Source: Octopus bimaculoides
Taxonomy: Eukaryota
Length of the DNA stretch: 64,000 nt
Direction of reading: 5' to 3'
Assembly: GCF_001194135.2 (NCBI RefSeq)
Contig: NC_068982.1
Span: forward strand, 84,145,111 to 84,209,110
A program made the position numbers and the translations under genes. Shown here piece after piece: positions 50,201 through 63,255 of this stretch (positions are counted from its first letter, which is position 1; every line of letters starts with the position of its first letter). The notes beneath the pieces were generated by a model. The model was not told the DNA's origin. It was given only the letters and a program-made list of their open reading frames with translations, and made no database searches.

Positions 50201-50415
50201 TTTATTATATAAACCTTCCTTCTGGCTCCCTGATATAATGCTCTGCTTCCACTGTTTTTCCAGTTTTCCATGCCTGTCTGTTTGCTTTTATAGCGCTGTC
50301 CACCTCCTCGTTCCACCACCATGTCACCCTTGGTCTAGCAAAGACTTTGCACCAGCCACAGATTTGATCATCAGCACCCAGTAAATTGTCTTGCAGGAAC
50401 TTACAGTTGTCCTTG
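47215..50415 (-). mobile_element. RTE LINE subfamily 2, more diverged, 5'-truncated
   Basis: ORFs 49720-50322, 49426-49650 ('MQFGFVPGKSTTDAIFLVRQLQEKY'), 49188-49514 ('ELLYADD') and 48608-48799, then a ~1.1-kb 3'UTR different from subfamily 1. Confidence 0.9.
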
Positions 50416-50519
50416 TCGCCCGAGAAGGAGGTAATCAACTGGGCTTATATTCCCACCAGATTAGGTGGCTGGCTGTATGTATGTATGTATATATGTGTGT
50501 GTGTGTGTGTGTGTTTGCA

Positions 50520-50660
50520 CAAAGGTTGGCAGAAAAGTTCATAGGCTAACCAAGATACTCTCATGGAATGTGACCAAATGAGGTTTATTTTTCAACATAG
50601 TCCCCCTTGTGATCCACACACTTCTTCCATTAGTGCTGCAGTGCTTGGATCCAATTGCTG
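50520..50660 (-). mobile_element. Mariner terminal fragment
   Basis: Homologous to the 62195-62320 end of the mariner element. Confidence 0.7.
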
Positions 50661-50889
50661 AAGAAGTTTTCATTCTTTCTTCCACTTCTACTTTATCCTC
50701 TGCACTGTCTCTGTGTTCATCTTGATTTTTTTTTTCTCACTTCCTGAACCATCTTCACAATTCCTTGATCAGTTGGTTGATAAATAACAGGCATATCATT
50801 ATCCCTTTTCATCCATTCCTCTAGGTTTGTCTCTGTAGTTACTTTGATTACTGGCTGACACTCTGGGTTAGTCATAAGCCTAGTAAAGG

Positions 50890-51225
50890 GTAAAGATCCT
50901 TTTCAGTCATGAATGACCATAGAATTGCACCTAGAAAGTTACCCTCTGAGGCACAAATCTAAGGAAGGTTTGTCTATGGAAGACCAGCAGTTGCCCATGC
51001 ATACCAGCCTCCCCTCTCCATGCCACTGGTGTTATCCAGGGGAAAGGCAAATGCCAATACAGTTTAGCACCAGTGACATTGCAACTCATTTCTACAGATG
51101 AGTGACCTGGAGCAACATGAAATAAAGTGCCTTACTGAAGAACACAACACACAGCCTGGTCTGGGAATTGAACTCACTACCTCATGATTGTGAGCCCAAT
51201 GCTTTAAACACTGGGCCATGCTCCT
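50890..51225 (-). mobile_element. tRNA-derived SINE (third family)
   Basis: Reverse-complement homologue of 52785-53092. Confidence 0.8.
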
Positions 51226-51879
51226 TCACCATAAACCTAGTATACTCTACCAATTTATGGATCAATTTCTTTTCATTAGAAACCCTAAATCCAGAGTACT
51301 CATGATGTTTTATGTTTATGCTTTCTAACACTAAAACCATCTTCTGTACCTTATGGACATTGTGAAGGGCTAAAATACTACTGAGTATGTGAAATTAATA
51401 GAACTGTGTCAGAGATACTCTGCTGGTGGTTCTAGTTTAAACATAAACAAGCCTGGCATCTAATGATACACACGTCTGTGCAAAGCTTGACACACACACA
51501 TACACGTTAATACACTAGCATATACACATAAGTAAATATATATACGTATGTATATATGTATATCTATATATATATACATATACATACATATATATATATA
51601 CATATATATATGTATGCATATACACATATAAACATATGCCTGCATACATGTATACACATATTCACACTAATATACATACACCTACAAAAATGCAAATGTG
51701 CACAGATGAATGTAGACATATATCTATATATATATGTACATATGCACACGCACACACACACATACTTGTACACATATGCATATACACACGTACATACACA
51801 CACACACACATATATACATGTATATATATATACATATACATATATGGATATAGATTGCGAGATCAAATGTCAAATACAA

Positions 51880-52740
51880 GTTATTCGAATATAGCTCCTC
51901 AAGTTCAGGTGTATTTAGAGTTGTGGGTGCCATGTATACATCAAGTTATGTATGGTTGGGATTGAAATATTTGAATGTGTGTTTAGCTGTGTGTAGATGT
52001 CTGGGTATTTGTTCAATGAATTTATTCATAATGCGCACCTTTGTTAACATTCTCAAGAGTGACTCCTTGGAGCATAACTGGCATTTCTGGGATATAGTGT
52101 TATAGGGACATGCGTGTCTAAGTATGGACCATGTAAGGTCGTATTTTGTCTTCGCTTCCTTAAGTCTCCAGATAAAATCGGCCAGCAATGTTACATGTTA
52201 TTTAAGGATATTTCGAAAGCTGGTGATGTGGTTGCAGTATTGATTTTTGTAAAAATCGGTTGATGCACCGATATATGCGTAGGGGCCTCCTCTAGTGTTT
52301 ATAGTGCACTTGTATACCACTTCTTAGTCATACATTGGTTATCCAAAGGACAATTGGATCTATCTCTGCATGAGCATAACTGTTTGATTTTGTTGGCTTG
52401 TGTACATTGAGTGCTGGAGGGATTGGTTCTGTTCGGTATGTTGGTTGTCAATATTATTGTTTTATTATCGCTATTTGTAGGTGTTCTCAGTTTACTATTT
52501 GAATTGTTGGTGGTTTTATTTGTTGGATGGCTATCATGGTTATTGTAATTATTGCTCTGTTGGTTGGTGGTATAATTCGAGTTATAAACAATCTCTTTAG
52601 GTTGATGTCGAGAAGGTTATTTTGAATGCTGACTAATCTTCGGCTTAGTTAACGGTTGTTAATCCTATGAATATGGTGCTCTAAGTTTGATGAATTTTCA
52701 TAGGATAGTTTTATAGTGTAATGGTTGAATATTTTGCTGT
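51880..52740 (-). mobile_element. Penelope-like element remnant (GIY-YIG endonuclease end)
   Basis: 'CSCRDRSNCPLDNQCM' followed by ORF 51946-52188 'FIWRLKE..Y..TWSIL..ACPYN....KCQLCSKE', typical of the PLE C-terminus. Confidence 0.8.
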
Positions 52741-52784
52741 ACACTCCATTTTTAGGGAAGGAGTATATATATATATATGCATAT

Positions 52785-53092
52785 GCATGGCTCAGTGGTT
52801 AGAGCATTGCACTCACAATCATGAGGTAGTGAGTTCAATTCCCAGACCAGGATGTGTTGTGGTCTTGAGCAAGACACTTTATTTCATGTTGCTCCAGTTC
52901 ATTCAGCTGTAGAAATGAGTTGCAACATCACTGGTGCCAAGTTGTATCAGTGTCTGCCTTTTCCTTGGATGACATTAATGGCATGGAGAGGAGAGGCTGG
53001 TATGCATGGGTGACACCCTTACCTGGACTTGTACCTTGGCAGGTAACTCTCTGAGTGCAATTCCATGGTCATTCATGACCGAAGGGGGTCTT
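52785..53092 (+). mobile_element. tRNA-derived SINE (third family)
   Basis: A box TGGCTCAGTGG, B box GTTCAATTCCC, and body 'gagcaagacact...ctgtagaaatgagt'. Confidence 0.85.
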
Positions 53093-53400
53093 TATATGTA
53101 AGCATACATAGATACATACATATATATGTTTGTGTGTCTATATTTGCCCCCCCCCTACCATTGCTTGACAACTGATGTTGGTGTGTTTACATCCCCATAA
53201 CTTAGCAGTTCAGCAAAAGAAACCGATAGAAGAAGTACTAGGCTTACAAAGAATAAGTCCTGGGGTTGATTTGTTCGATAAAAAGCAGTGCTCCAGCATG
53301 GCTGCAGTCAAATGACTGAAAGAAGTAAAAGAATATATACATATATACTGAGGTGCTCTTTCAGTTTCCATCTACCAAAAAACCAAATCTACTCACATAT

Positions 53401-56400
53401 ATCATCATCATTGTTTAACATCCGCTTTACATGTTAGCACGGGTTGGACGATTTAACTGAGGACTGGCGAACCAAATGGCTGCACCAGGCTCCAATCTAA
53501 TCTGGCAGAGTTTCTACAGCTGGATGCCCTTCCTAACGCCAACCACTCCAAGAGTGTAGTGGGTGCTTTCACGTGCCACCAGCATGAGGGCCAGTCTGGT
53601 GGTACTGGCAACTGCCACGCTCAAATGGTGTTTTTTACGTGCCACCTGCACAGGGGTCAGTCCAGTGGCACTGGCAACGACTTCACTTGAATGTTTTGTT
53701 CACATTCCACTGGCACAAGTGCCAGTAAGGCGACACTAGTAATGATCACACTCAAATGGTGCTTTTTACGTGCCACTGGCATGGAAGCCGGATGGCTGCT
53801 CTGGCAGTGATCCCGCTCGGATGGTGCTGTTAGCGCTCCACTCGCACGAGTGCCAGTCATCGAATTTGGTTCAGTTTCGATTTCACTTGCCACAACAGGT
53901 CTTCGCAAGCAGAGTTTAGTGTCCAATGAAGGAAGGTTGGCATGGGTGCCAGTCGTCGAATTTGGTTCAATTTCGATTTCACTTGCCTCAACAGGTCTTC
54001 GCAAGCAGGGTTTTGTGTCCAAAGAAGGAAAGGTACGCATAAGTGGGCTGGCTACACCCCTGGTAAAGGTCACAGGTTATGGTCACACTTGTCTTGCCGG
54101 GTCTTCTCACTCACAGCATATTTCCAAATGTCTCGGTCAGTAGTCATTGCCTCAGTGAGGCCTAATGTTCAAAGGTCATGCTTCACCACCTCATCCCAGG
54201 TCTTCCTGGGTCTGCCTCTTCTACAGGTTCCCTCAACTGCTAGGGCGTGGCACTTTTTCACACAGCTATCCTCATCCATTCTTGCCACATGTCCATACCA
54301 GCGCAATCGTCTCTCTTGCACACCACAACTGATGCTTCTTAGGTCCAACTTTTCTCTCAAGGTACTTACACTCTGTTGAGTATGCACACTGACAATACAC
54401 ATCCATTGGGGCATACTGGCTTCATTCTTTGTGAGCTTACACATGTCCTCAGGAGTCACGGCCCTTGTTTCACTGCCATGTAGCATGGCTGTTCGTACAC
54501 ATACGTCATACAGTCTGCCTTTTACTCTGAGCGAGAGGCCCTTTGTCACCAGAAGCGGTAAGAGCTCACTGAACTTTGCCTAGGCTATTCTTATTCTAGC
54601 AGCTACACTTTCAGTGCACCCTCTCCGCTACTGACTTGGTCACCTAGGTAACAGAAACTATCAACTACTTCTAGTTTTTCTCCCTGGAATGTTGCAGAAG
54701 TTGTGTTCTGCACATTTTCAGTGTTTATTGCTCCTGAACATCTGCCATATACAAAAACTATCTTGCTAGTTAGCCTTCTTTTGATATTGCTGCACCTCTT
54801 ATGTGTCCATAGCTTACACTGAGTACATCTTATAGAGTTTCTATGTATGCCTTTTCTACAGATCTAACTGGGCCATCTACCTGAAGGGGTTTGTAGTTTG
54901 TCTACCTTCCTACTTATTAGGACTTTGGTTTTAGCTAGGTTGACTCTAAGGCCCTTCGATTCTAATCCTTGCTTCCATACCTGAAATTTCTCCTCTAGTT
55001 CTGATAGTGACTCAGCAAGGTCGTCAGCATAGAGGAGCTCTCAGGGGCATCTTGTCTTGAATTCCTCTGTTATTGTCTGGAGGACTATAATAAATGGGAG
55101 AGGGCTGATGACTGAACCTTGGTGGACCCCTACCTCTACCCGGAATTCTGTACTCATTGCTAATCCTCATCTTACTGACAGCATCCCTGTACATGGCTCG
55201 CACACCTCTCACTAACCATTCATCTCTCCCTAGTTTCCTCATTGACCACCAGATAAGGGATTGGGGGACCCTGTCAAAGGCTTTCTCCATGTCAACAAAA
55301 TCCAGGTATAGAGGTTTATCTTTGGCTAGGTATTTTTCCTGCAGCAGTCTTACCAGAAATATAGCATCAGTGGTGCTTTTTCATGGCTCAAACCCAAACT
55401 GCATCTCATCTAAACTGACTTTCTCCCTAATTAGTTGGGTTATGACCCTCTCCATGACCTCCATTACCTGATCCAACAACTTGATACCTCTGTAATTATT
55501 TGTATCTAAAGCGTCATCTTTACCTTTGTAGCATTTGACTATGGTGTTGCTACACCAGTCATTGGGTATGACTCCTTCGTGTATCACCTGGTTAATTACA
55601 TGGGTGACTAGGCTGTAGCCAACACTACCAGATATTTTGAGCATCTCTGCAGTGATTCCTGATGGGCTGGGGGCTTTCCCTGTCTTCATACTCTTGATTG
55701 CTTTATCTACCAAGGTACTGTCAAGTAGGATAGCTGGTCCCTCTGTTGAGTCGACATTCGGTAGACTCTCTTTCTCCCATTCATTCTCTTTATTGAGTAA
55801 ACTTTCATAGTGGCATCTCCAAACTTCTCTCTTTGCAGCCTCGTTTAGTGCAAGTGTACCATCATCCATGCGAACACATTTTTCTCCCACGACATCACGA
55901 TTCTCTCTCACACAGTCTTGCAACACGAAATACTTCAAGTCTTTGGTCCTCACGGCACAGAACACTGGCAAATTGTTCTTATCTGCTTCCCCTCTGGCTA
56001 AATAAATCTGTCTCCTAGCTTCCCTTGTGGCAGTCTGATACACTTCCCTGCTACCTCTATTCTTCCAGTCCTTCCAAGCCTGTTTCTTTTGTCTAATAGC
56101 CCTGTCAACAACATTGTTCCACCACCACGTTACCTTGGGTCGAGAGGGGACTTTACACCATCCACAGATCTGGTCAGTGGCTCTCAGCAGGTTGTCCCGT
56201 AGAAACTTCCAGTTGTCTTCCACATTATGTGATACTGTATCCCCTTCTATTTCATTGAAGGCTTCGAGTAATACGTCTCTAAATCTCTGTCTATTTGCCG
56301 AATCTTTAAGCTTCCAGACTCTTCTCCCCCAGACTGGTCTACTTCTTAGCATCCATTTAGCCCTGATTTGGGAAGGTTTTGGCAGTTATAAGCAGCCCTC

Positions 56401-57522
56401 TTTCCCTTTTTCTGGCGAGGATGTAGTCAATTTGACTAGTATGTCTGCCAGAACGGTAGGTGACAGGCGGGTTTCCTGAAGTTGGTATTGCAAATCATAA
56501 GATCATTTGCATCACAGAACTCCAGCAGTCTGGTTCCCTCCTCATTGCGGGAACCAAAGCCATACCCTCCATGTACACCATAGAATTCCCCTGCATGTTG
56601 TCCAACATGTCCATTGGAATCACCAGCCACAAAGAGAAAGTCCCTCTCATTTGTCAACGAGGTAGTCTGTAATAGGGTGTCATAAAATTGGTCTTTCTGC
56701 CCATCTAGTAGCCCCGGTTGAGGGGCATAGGCCAAGATAACGGTAGCTAACCTATGGTGAAGCACTAATCTAATCCTAAGTACTCTTTCACATACTCTGA
56801 CTACCTTGATTACCTTATCAATCCATTTCTCCACAAGAAGTATACCCACGCCCCCGAACCCGTCAGTGTTCCCTGCCCAGAAAATCTTTTGCCTGTGAGG
56901 AACCTAGCGGAACTTCCTCTCCACCTTACTTCTTGGATGCAGCACAAATCTACGTGTCTCCGTTCAAGTATCTCAACAATCTCACCAGACCTACCTTTCA
57001 GTGTGCCAACTGTGAGGGTGTGGAATGTGTGGGTCTACGAGACCCTGGGATAAGGGACAGTAGTGTCATGTACCTGAAAAGAAAGCTTGCATTTGGCAGA
57101 ATTCATAAACAAACAATAGCCTACAACCTACATACACTACACCATTTTAATGTGCTATATGATCGATAAACCCTGGGTAGGGGTGGGGATGGCGTTAGGC
57201 CCTTAGAAATGTTCGTGGGAGACAACCAAGGATGACAGAGGACAGGAACTTCCGATAAAGGTGAAGGGGAGGGCAGGCATACCGCGAGCCAGCAAGTTTA
57301 GACGAGAGCATCTTCTGCACTTGTATACTATGGTAGACAAATTTAGAGAGAATGAATAAACGAAATGATAAGCTTGAATAAAATAAATAAAATATGTCGA
57401 TTAACGGATATGCATGAACAAAGAAGACGAAACTATCGGAACTATGTTTACATGTTAAGGAAATAGATAGATAATAAAGAACGAATGCAGGGGTGGGGGG
57501 TGATTATGATCTACGCAGAAAC
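53401..57522 (-). mobile_element. Full-length-sized RTE LINE (subfamily 1), inactive
   Basis: ORFs 56436-56849, 55381-56352, 55024-55290 and 54169-54549. Same MNSAKC start at ~57100, 5'UTR running into an N gap, ATG tail at 53401. Confidence 0.95.
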
Positions 57523-57720
57523 ANNNNNNNNNNNNNNNNNNNNNNNNNNNNNNNNNNNNNNNNNNNNNNNNNNNNNNNNNNNNNNNNNNNNNNNNNNNNN
57601 NNNNNNNNNNNNNNNNNNNNNNNNNNNNNNNNNNNNNNNNNNNNNNNNNNNNNNNNNNNNNNNNNNNNNNNNNNNNNNNNNNNNNNNNNNNNNNNNNNNN
57701 NNNNNNNNNTATATATATAT

Positions 57721-58492
57721 ACTAGCAGAGATACCTGGCGTTGCCCGTGTTACATGCAATTGAAGGATGAGACTTTTCTCTTATATTTCCTGTAAGGAAC
57801 TGGAATAGATATGATTCGAATTTCAGCAAAATTGCACATGAGGGTTCTTTCCCTCTTTACACACCCTAAAAAAATTCTAATCATGAGACATGTATCCCAT
57901 ACTATTAATCTTTATGCACATATTCCAAAATTTCAGTCTTCTGGAATCTGTAAAAAGGATTTTGCTCCTGAAAAATGGAGCTCATGGAGCTCTAAAATGT
58001 GGGAATGAAGGCCCCTATTGGGCGTGGGTGTGTTAATGTCAACCAGAGAAGTTGAATTTCTGGGAATGTTTTTAACTTGGGTCTTATAGTATACCTGTAT
58101 ATATGTGAGAGTATAGTTTCACTTTAATAGTTTCAGTATGAAATTGAAAGTATTAAAGTGAAAGTATTTGAAATTACAGTAGCGGCATGTTATTGTTTCA
58201 CTTTTGAGATGTAATACTGAAATAGTTTCAGTGTGAAAGTGAAAATATCTGACATTACAGTAGAGTGATGTTATTGTTTCACTTTTGACATGTAATACTG
58301 AAATAGTGGAGGAGATATGATATTAGTGTGGGCTCGAACTATGCAAGAAGTTAAAAAAATTGTTTTGGCCTAAGACACTACATGGACCCTAAGTAAGGCA
58401 TGTGTTAATTTCAAATGAAATTGGTTGTGTAGTTCTCGAGTTTTAGGGAAACATACACACAGACACACATTCTCATTTTTATATATATAGAT
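57721..58492 (+). mobile_element. HINE-like non-autonomous element with internal ~70-bp tandem units
   Basis: ACTAGCAGAGATACCTGGCGTTGCCCG start, repeats at 58120-58310, and an end 'acagacacacattctcatttttatatatatagat'. Confidence 0.6.
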
Positions 58493-59504
58493 AAGAGAGT
58501 ATTGTAGTTCACTTGAAACATTGTGTATTGTTTGTATAAACAGTTTTGAATGGTACAANNNNNNNNNNNNNNNNNNNNNNNNNNNNNNNNNNNNNNNNNN
58601 NNNNNNNNNNNNNNNNNNNNNNNNNNNNNNNNNNNNNNNNNNNNNNNNNNNNNNNNNNNNNNNNNNNNNNNNNNNNNNNNNNNNNNNNNNNNNNNNNNNN
58701 NNNNNNNNNNNNNNNNNNNNNNNNNNNNNNNNNNNNNNNNNNNNNNNNNAGCTGTAAGATGCATTACGGATCTATAGCAATTGGAAGGGCATGACCCAAT
58801 TGAAATAACAATGTGTGACGCTTGGAGTAAAGGGAAATGAAAGTGTTGCCTCTGGAGTTTGCAAATGACCACTATACTGATAGGTAACTGCAGAAAAAAT
58901 TTACAATCAATAAATGTCTTAGAACAACCAGTCACTCATCTGAGAAGGCCTTGAAATCAATGTTACCAACTGGGGACTATGTGTGACTCAGTGATAATAA
59001 AAAGACTGAAAGGAGGTCTGCAACGAAATAATTTTACTCAACACTTTGCAAGTGAATCAGTGGAGGCAAAGATGGGACCCTAAGTAAGGCATGTGTAAAA
59101 TTTGAATGAAATTGGTTGTGTAGTTCTCGAGTTTTAGGGAAACATACACACAGACACACATTCTCATTTTTATATATATAGATAAGAGAGTATTGTAGTT
59201 CACTTGAAACATTGTGTATTGTTTGTATAAACAGTTTTGAATGGTACAACAATGCACTATAATACAAAAAATGGACTATATACTTGTTGAAATTTAGTTA
59301 TCCGATGATATTTTGGAATATAATTCTTTCTTCAGATATTCTTAGATGGAATCTCTGCTACAAACTGTTTACTAACGGCTTTTCTTTTTGTTTTTTCCAG
59401 AAGTGTCCTATATATTACCTATATATATAGGTAATTGTTCAGTTTAGGGATATCAAAATTAAGGGGGAGATAATTAGTAAAGGGACATATATAAGTTAAC
59501 ATAA

Positions 59505-59770
59505 ATCATCATCATCATCATCGTTGTCGTTTAACGTCCGCTTTCCATGCTGGCATGGGTTGGACAGTTTGACTGAGGGCTGGAGAGCCAGAAGGCTGCA
59601 CCAGGCTCCAATCTGATCTGCCAAAAGTTTCTACAGCTGGATGCCCTTCCTAATGCCAATCACTCTAAGAGTGTAGTGGGTGCTTTTACATGCCACCGGC
59701 ACAGGAGACAGTCAGGTGACGCGAGCAACAATCATGCTCGAATGGTGCTTTTTACGTTTCACTGGCATGG
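59505..59770 (-). mobile_element. RTE 3'-end fragment
   Basis: (CAT)n-cgtttaacgtccgctttccatgc terminus shared with the full RTE copies. Similar fragments are at ~36410-36600 (+), ~61060-61300 and ~63563-63980. Confidence 0.85.
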
Positions 59771-60559
59771 GAACTGCCTATTCCTGATAATATCAATTTT
59801 ATATTTCCTTTCAATAGTTTTCAGTCAATCTCTTTTTATTTGAAAGATCTGTAGTTTCATGTGTTGTGGGTGTGGAGCTCATAGGGCTAACACTAGTTAT
59901 GCCTCTGTGCTCAGAGCTGATAGGGTCAAGAGGTTATTATTGAATAACTTTTACATCTCTATTTGAACAGAACCATGGCACCAATATAGCGTAGGAGCAA
60001 CACACATGTCCAGTAACCCAAATATGCTGGTATATAATGTCTGACATATAATACTGGGTGAAATTTCTGTATCTGACCAAGTTTCCAGTCATAGGAATTT
60101 TGTATTTTTGTTGTGGGAAAGGTTTTGTAATATACAGGATTGAAATCACAAGATACTCATTTTAATAAATGAGAGATGTGTAAGATTGGCTGCTACACTG
60201 AAACTGGAAAAGTATCAAAACAGAAAATCCAATTTTTTTAAACATATTGATTTACAGATAATGTAAATATTATGTCTCAGATATAAAATTGATATTTGTT
60301 ACTTTTTGCCTGTGCATTTGAAATAACGGATAAGGCATCAGTCTATATTATAGAGCCACATGAAAGGGTTGAGATGTTTGCATACAGGGGCATGTTGTAT
60401 TATTCTTTGAACTCTAGGGAAGCTGCAAAAATTAGAAAGGATTGAATTATTTTTGGCCTATCAAATAATTTATAAATCAGCAGTCTATAATGAAAAGCAA
60501 ATAAAAAGACTTATCTGTTTAGCTATAGTTGCTTGAACACCCAGAACAGTGAGATCAGC

Positions 60560-61040
60560 TTTAATATCAATCAATACAATATGGAAAGATAGAACTCTTA
60601 ACAAGAACCTCAAATTAAAGCTTCTGTAGATATTAGTTAGGCCTGTTACATGGTATGGATGTAAAACTTCGACCCTAAGAGCAAACAACACTGCCAAATT
60701 CAAAACATTTGAAACCACATGCTACTGAAGAGTACTGAGGTTCAGCTGAGCTGACTATTGAACAAACAAGTCAGTACTTAAGAAAATGGGAACAAAAAAA
60801 GTTTTGGGAAACTGAAAAGAAGAGAACACTGCAGAACCTTGGCACCCACAATCTAGACGGTAGAGTCAATGGGAAATGCAGAAGGGTGGGAAAGATTGAA
60901 AAAACAATGACTGGCTGGCATAAGAAAATGGACTGGAAAACTCTGGCTGAATGCACAACCGCAGCCAGAGGCAGGAAGTGATGAAGGGAGATAGTGCATA
61001 CATCTATAGTCCCCAACCCTTAGTATTGAGGATGGTAGTA
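60560..61040 (+). pseudogene. Ancient RTE (BovB-like) RT C-terminal remnant
   Basis: 'YGCKTSTLR.....FKTFETTCY*RVLRFS*...TNKSVL' matches the YGCETWTL...AFE..CYRR.LRI.W pattern. Confidence 0.65.
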
Positions 61041-61688
61041 GGCAAACCAAAGAACAACATCATCATTTAATATAAGTTTTCCATGCTGGCATGGTTGTAT
61101 CGTTTGACAGGAGCTGGAAATGTAGGAGACAGCACCAGGCTACATTGTCTGTTCAGACTCAGTTTCTGTGGCTGGATGCCCTTCTTAATACCAGCCACTT
61201 TGTAGAGTGTATTGGGTGCTTTTAATGTGGCACCAGCACCAGTGCTTTTTATATGGCATCATCACCAGTGCTTTTTATGAGACATCAGCACCAGTATCAA
61301 TTCTGCTGTGGTTGATGGGTCTTTTTGACTACAGCAAGAGATCAGCCTTCAGTGACCTTTGTAAAAATAAGTATTAATAGTATACCAGATTGAATGAATT
61401 GCTAGTTTAGATAATAAAACTAAAAATATAACTCTATGTACCTTGAGAAGAAACTGATCTTAAATTTAAACAAAAAAACAATTTTTTTTTTTAAATGAAA
61501 ATAGCGAAAATTAATTTATGGATGTTGCTTCTCTGGTATCGAGAGGAGTTTTGCAGACTGAAAAAGGTTTTTCAGAGCTCAAGACAGAAGAAATATTTCT
61601 GAGAAAAAAAATTGCAAAATATAATAGATTATCATACTTCTCGTGGTATTAATATCTCTTAATGTGATTATATATTATTTTCCTTCAG

Positions 61689-61785
61689 AGATCATGCCAT
61701 AGAACTTGGAAATGAGGTACCCTCAAAGCCAGTGGTGTTTTTGAAGCCACCATCCTCTATTATTTTAGAAGGTCAAGCAATTCAG
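61689..61785 (+). CDS. FAHD1: FAHD1 coding exon 2 (A + DHAIELGNEVPSKPVVFLKPPSSIILEGQAIQ)
   Basis: Acceptor ...tttccttcag| at 61688 and donor CAG|GTAAAA at 61786; 97 bp = 1 nt + 32 codons. 'DH..ELGN.VP..P..FLKP.SS...EG..I' is the FAHD1/YcgM pattern rather than the FAHD2 pattern. Confidence 0.93.
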
Positions 61786-62194
61786 GTAAAATGAGTTTCA
61801 TTTCAATAGATAATCTACAGCATTACAATTCTTTACACTTCAGGTATATTGGTGTTGGGCATTACAAAAACGTTTCAGTTACATTTAGTTAAATGATAAA
61901 GCTAGTAAAGTTATATTCTCTTTTGCTGTTTTGTATGTGCCATATTTGTTAGGATTATAATTTGGAGAGGGATCTTTGGTCAATATATATCAGAGTTAGC
62001 TGAAAAGTTTACTGGCTGACCAAGATACTCTCATGGAATGTAACTAAATGAGGTTTAGTTTTCAACATAGTCCTCTTTGTGGCTCATGCACTTCTTACAT
62101 CGGTGTTGCAGTGCTTGGATTCTCTTTTGCTGTTTTGTATGTGCCATATTTGTTAGGATTATAATTTGGAGAGGGATCTTTTGGTCAATATATA

Positions 62195-63255
62195 TCAGAG
62201 TTAGCTGAAAAGTTTACTGGCTGACCAAGATACTCTCATGGAATGTGACTAAATGAGGTTTAGTTTTCAACATAGTCCTCTTTGTGGCTCATGCACTTCT
62301 TACATCTGCAGTGCTTGGATCTCATTGGTGAAGAAGCTTTCATCCTGTTGGTCAAAAGCATCAATACCAAATATGACATTATCATCACAACCAAGTATTT
62401 TTCATGTTGAGGAACAGATGATAGTCAGATGGGACCAAATCAGGAGAATAGGGACAATGATCAACCAGTTCAAAGCCACAGTCACACACAGTAGCCATTG
62501 AAGCAAACAACTTGAGTGCTGGAGCATTGTCCTGAAGAAACAAGACTAGTTTTGTCAGTTTTCCTAGGCATTTGATTTGGATAGCCTTTTGTAACTGCCT
62601 CAGCAAGTTAGCATAGTACTCTCCATTGATGGGTGGCCCATTTGAAGATAGTTAATACATACAATGTCTTTTGCATACCCAAAACACTGAGGCCATCTTC
62701 TTTCCTGCATATGAAATTACATTAGCTTCTTTGGAACAGGTGAGAAGGGGTCTTTCCATTGCATCGATTGTCTCTTTGTCTTTGGCTCAAAGTGATGAAG
62801 CCCACACTCATCCTGGATTAGGATATGTTCAAGGAAAACAGCTGAATTTACCTGAATCAATGTCAAATTTTCTCTGGTGTGCTTTTGATTAGGTGTCATA
62901 AGGTATGGCACCCACCAAGCAGAAACCTTTGTCATGCCAAGTTGATTGTGCAGATTATTCTCAACTCTCTCATGGGATATGCTTATAGCATTGGCTATTT
63001 GATTTATAGTCAATCACCTGTCATCCACCACCATGTGGTGAACACAATCAATGTTTTCCTTGGTGGTTGGCAGCTGCAGGATATCCAGCCCTTGGGTCAT
63101 TTTCAAGACTCTCTGTTTCCCTCCTAAATTCAGCTGTCCACATTTACACTGTTGATAAAGCCCTAATGTAGCACACATGTTAGCATGAATGTACTTGGGG
63201 CTAAACCCTTTTTCTGCAGGTATTTGATAATACCACATTGCCAAAGTTTTGTATA
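62195..63255 (-). mobile_element. Mariner transposon remnant (DD34D)
   Basis: 'KVSAWWVP', 'LIQDE..LHHFEPKTKRQSMQW', 'FLQDNAP', 'HCPYSPDLVPSDYHLF'. Frameshifted; one TIR is visible at ~62195. Confidence 0.92.

Larger units (their letters stand above)
15060..61688 (+). other. FAHD1: FAHD1 intron 1 (~46.6 kb including N gaps), mostly transposon-derived
   Basis: GT...AG ends and phase compatibility of the two flanking exons. No other FAH-like coding sequence was seen in between. Confidence 0.85.

Noticed and set aside
58120-58310. Regularly spaced repeats as a CRISPR-like array (also 2700-2940 and 3760-4450)
   Set aside because: They are eukaryotic tandem units without unique spacers, inside HINE or microsatellite context.
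58384-59249. ~175-bp near-identical direct repeat (58384-58558 and 59075-59249)
   Set aside because: The first copy ends exactly at an N gap and includes unique flank, so it is most likely an assembly or haplotype artefact.
61819-61900. Possible acceptor 'acacttcag' after exon 2 as FAHD1 exon 3
   Set aside because: No frame gives the expected 'IP....LHHEVEL' continuation, so exon 3 lies beyond the window.
61916-62320. ~204-bp tandem duplication of a mariner end plus flank
   Set aside because: A simple local duplication or allelic collapse error, with no functional signal.
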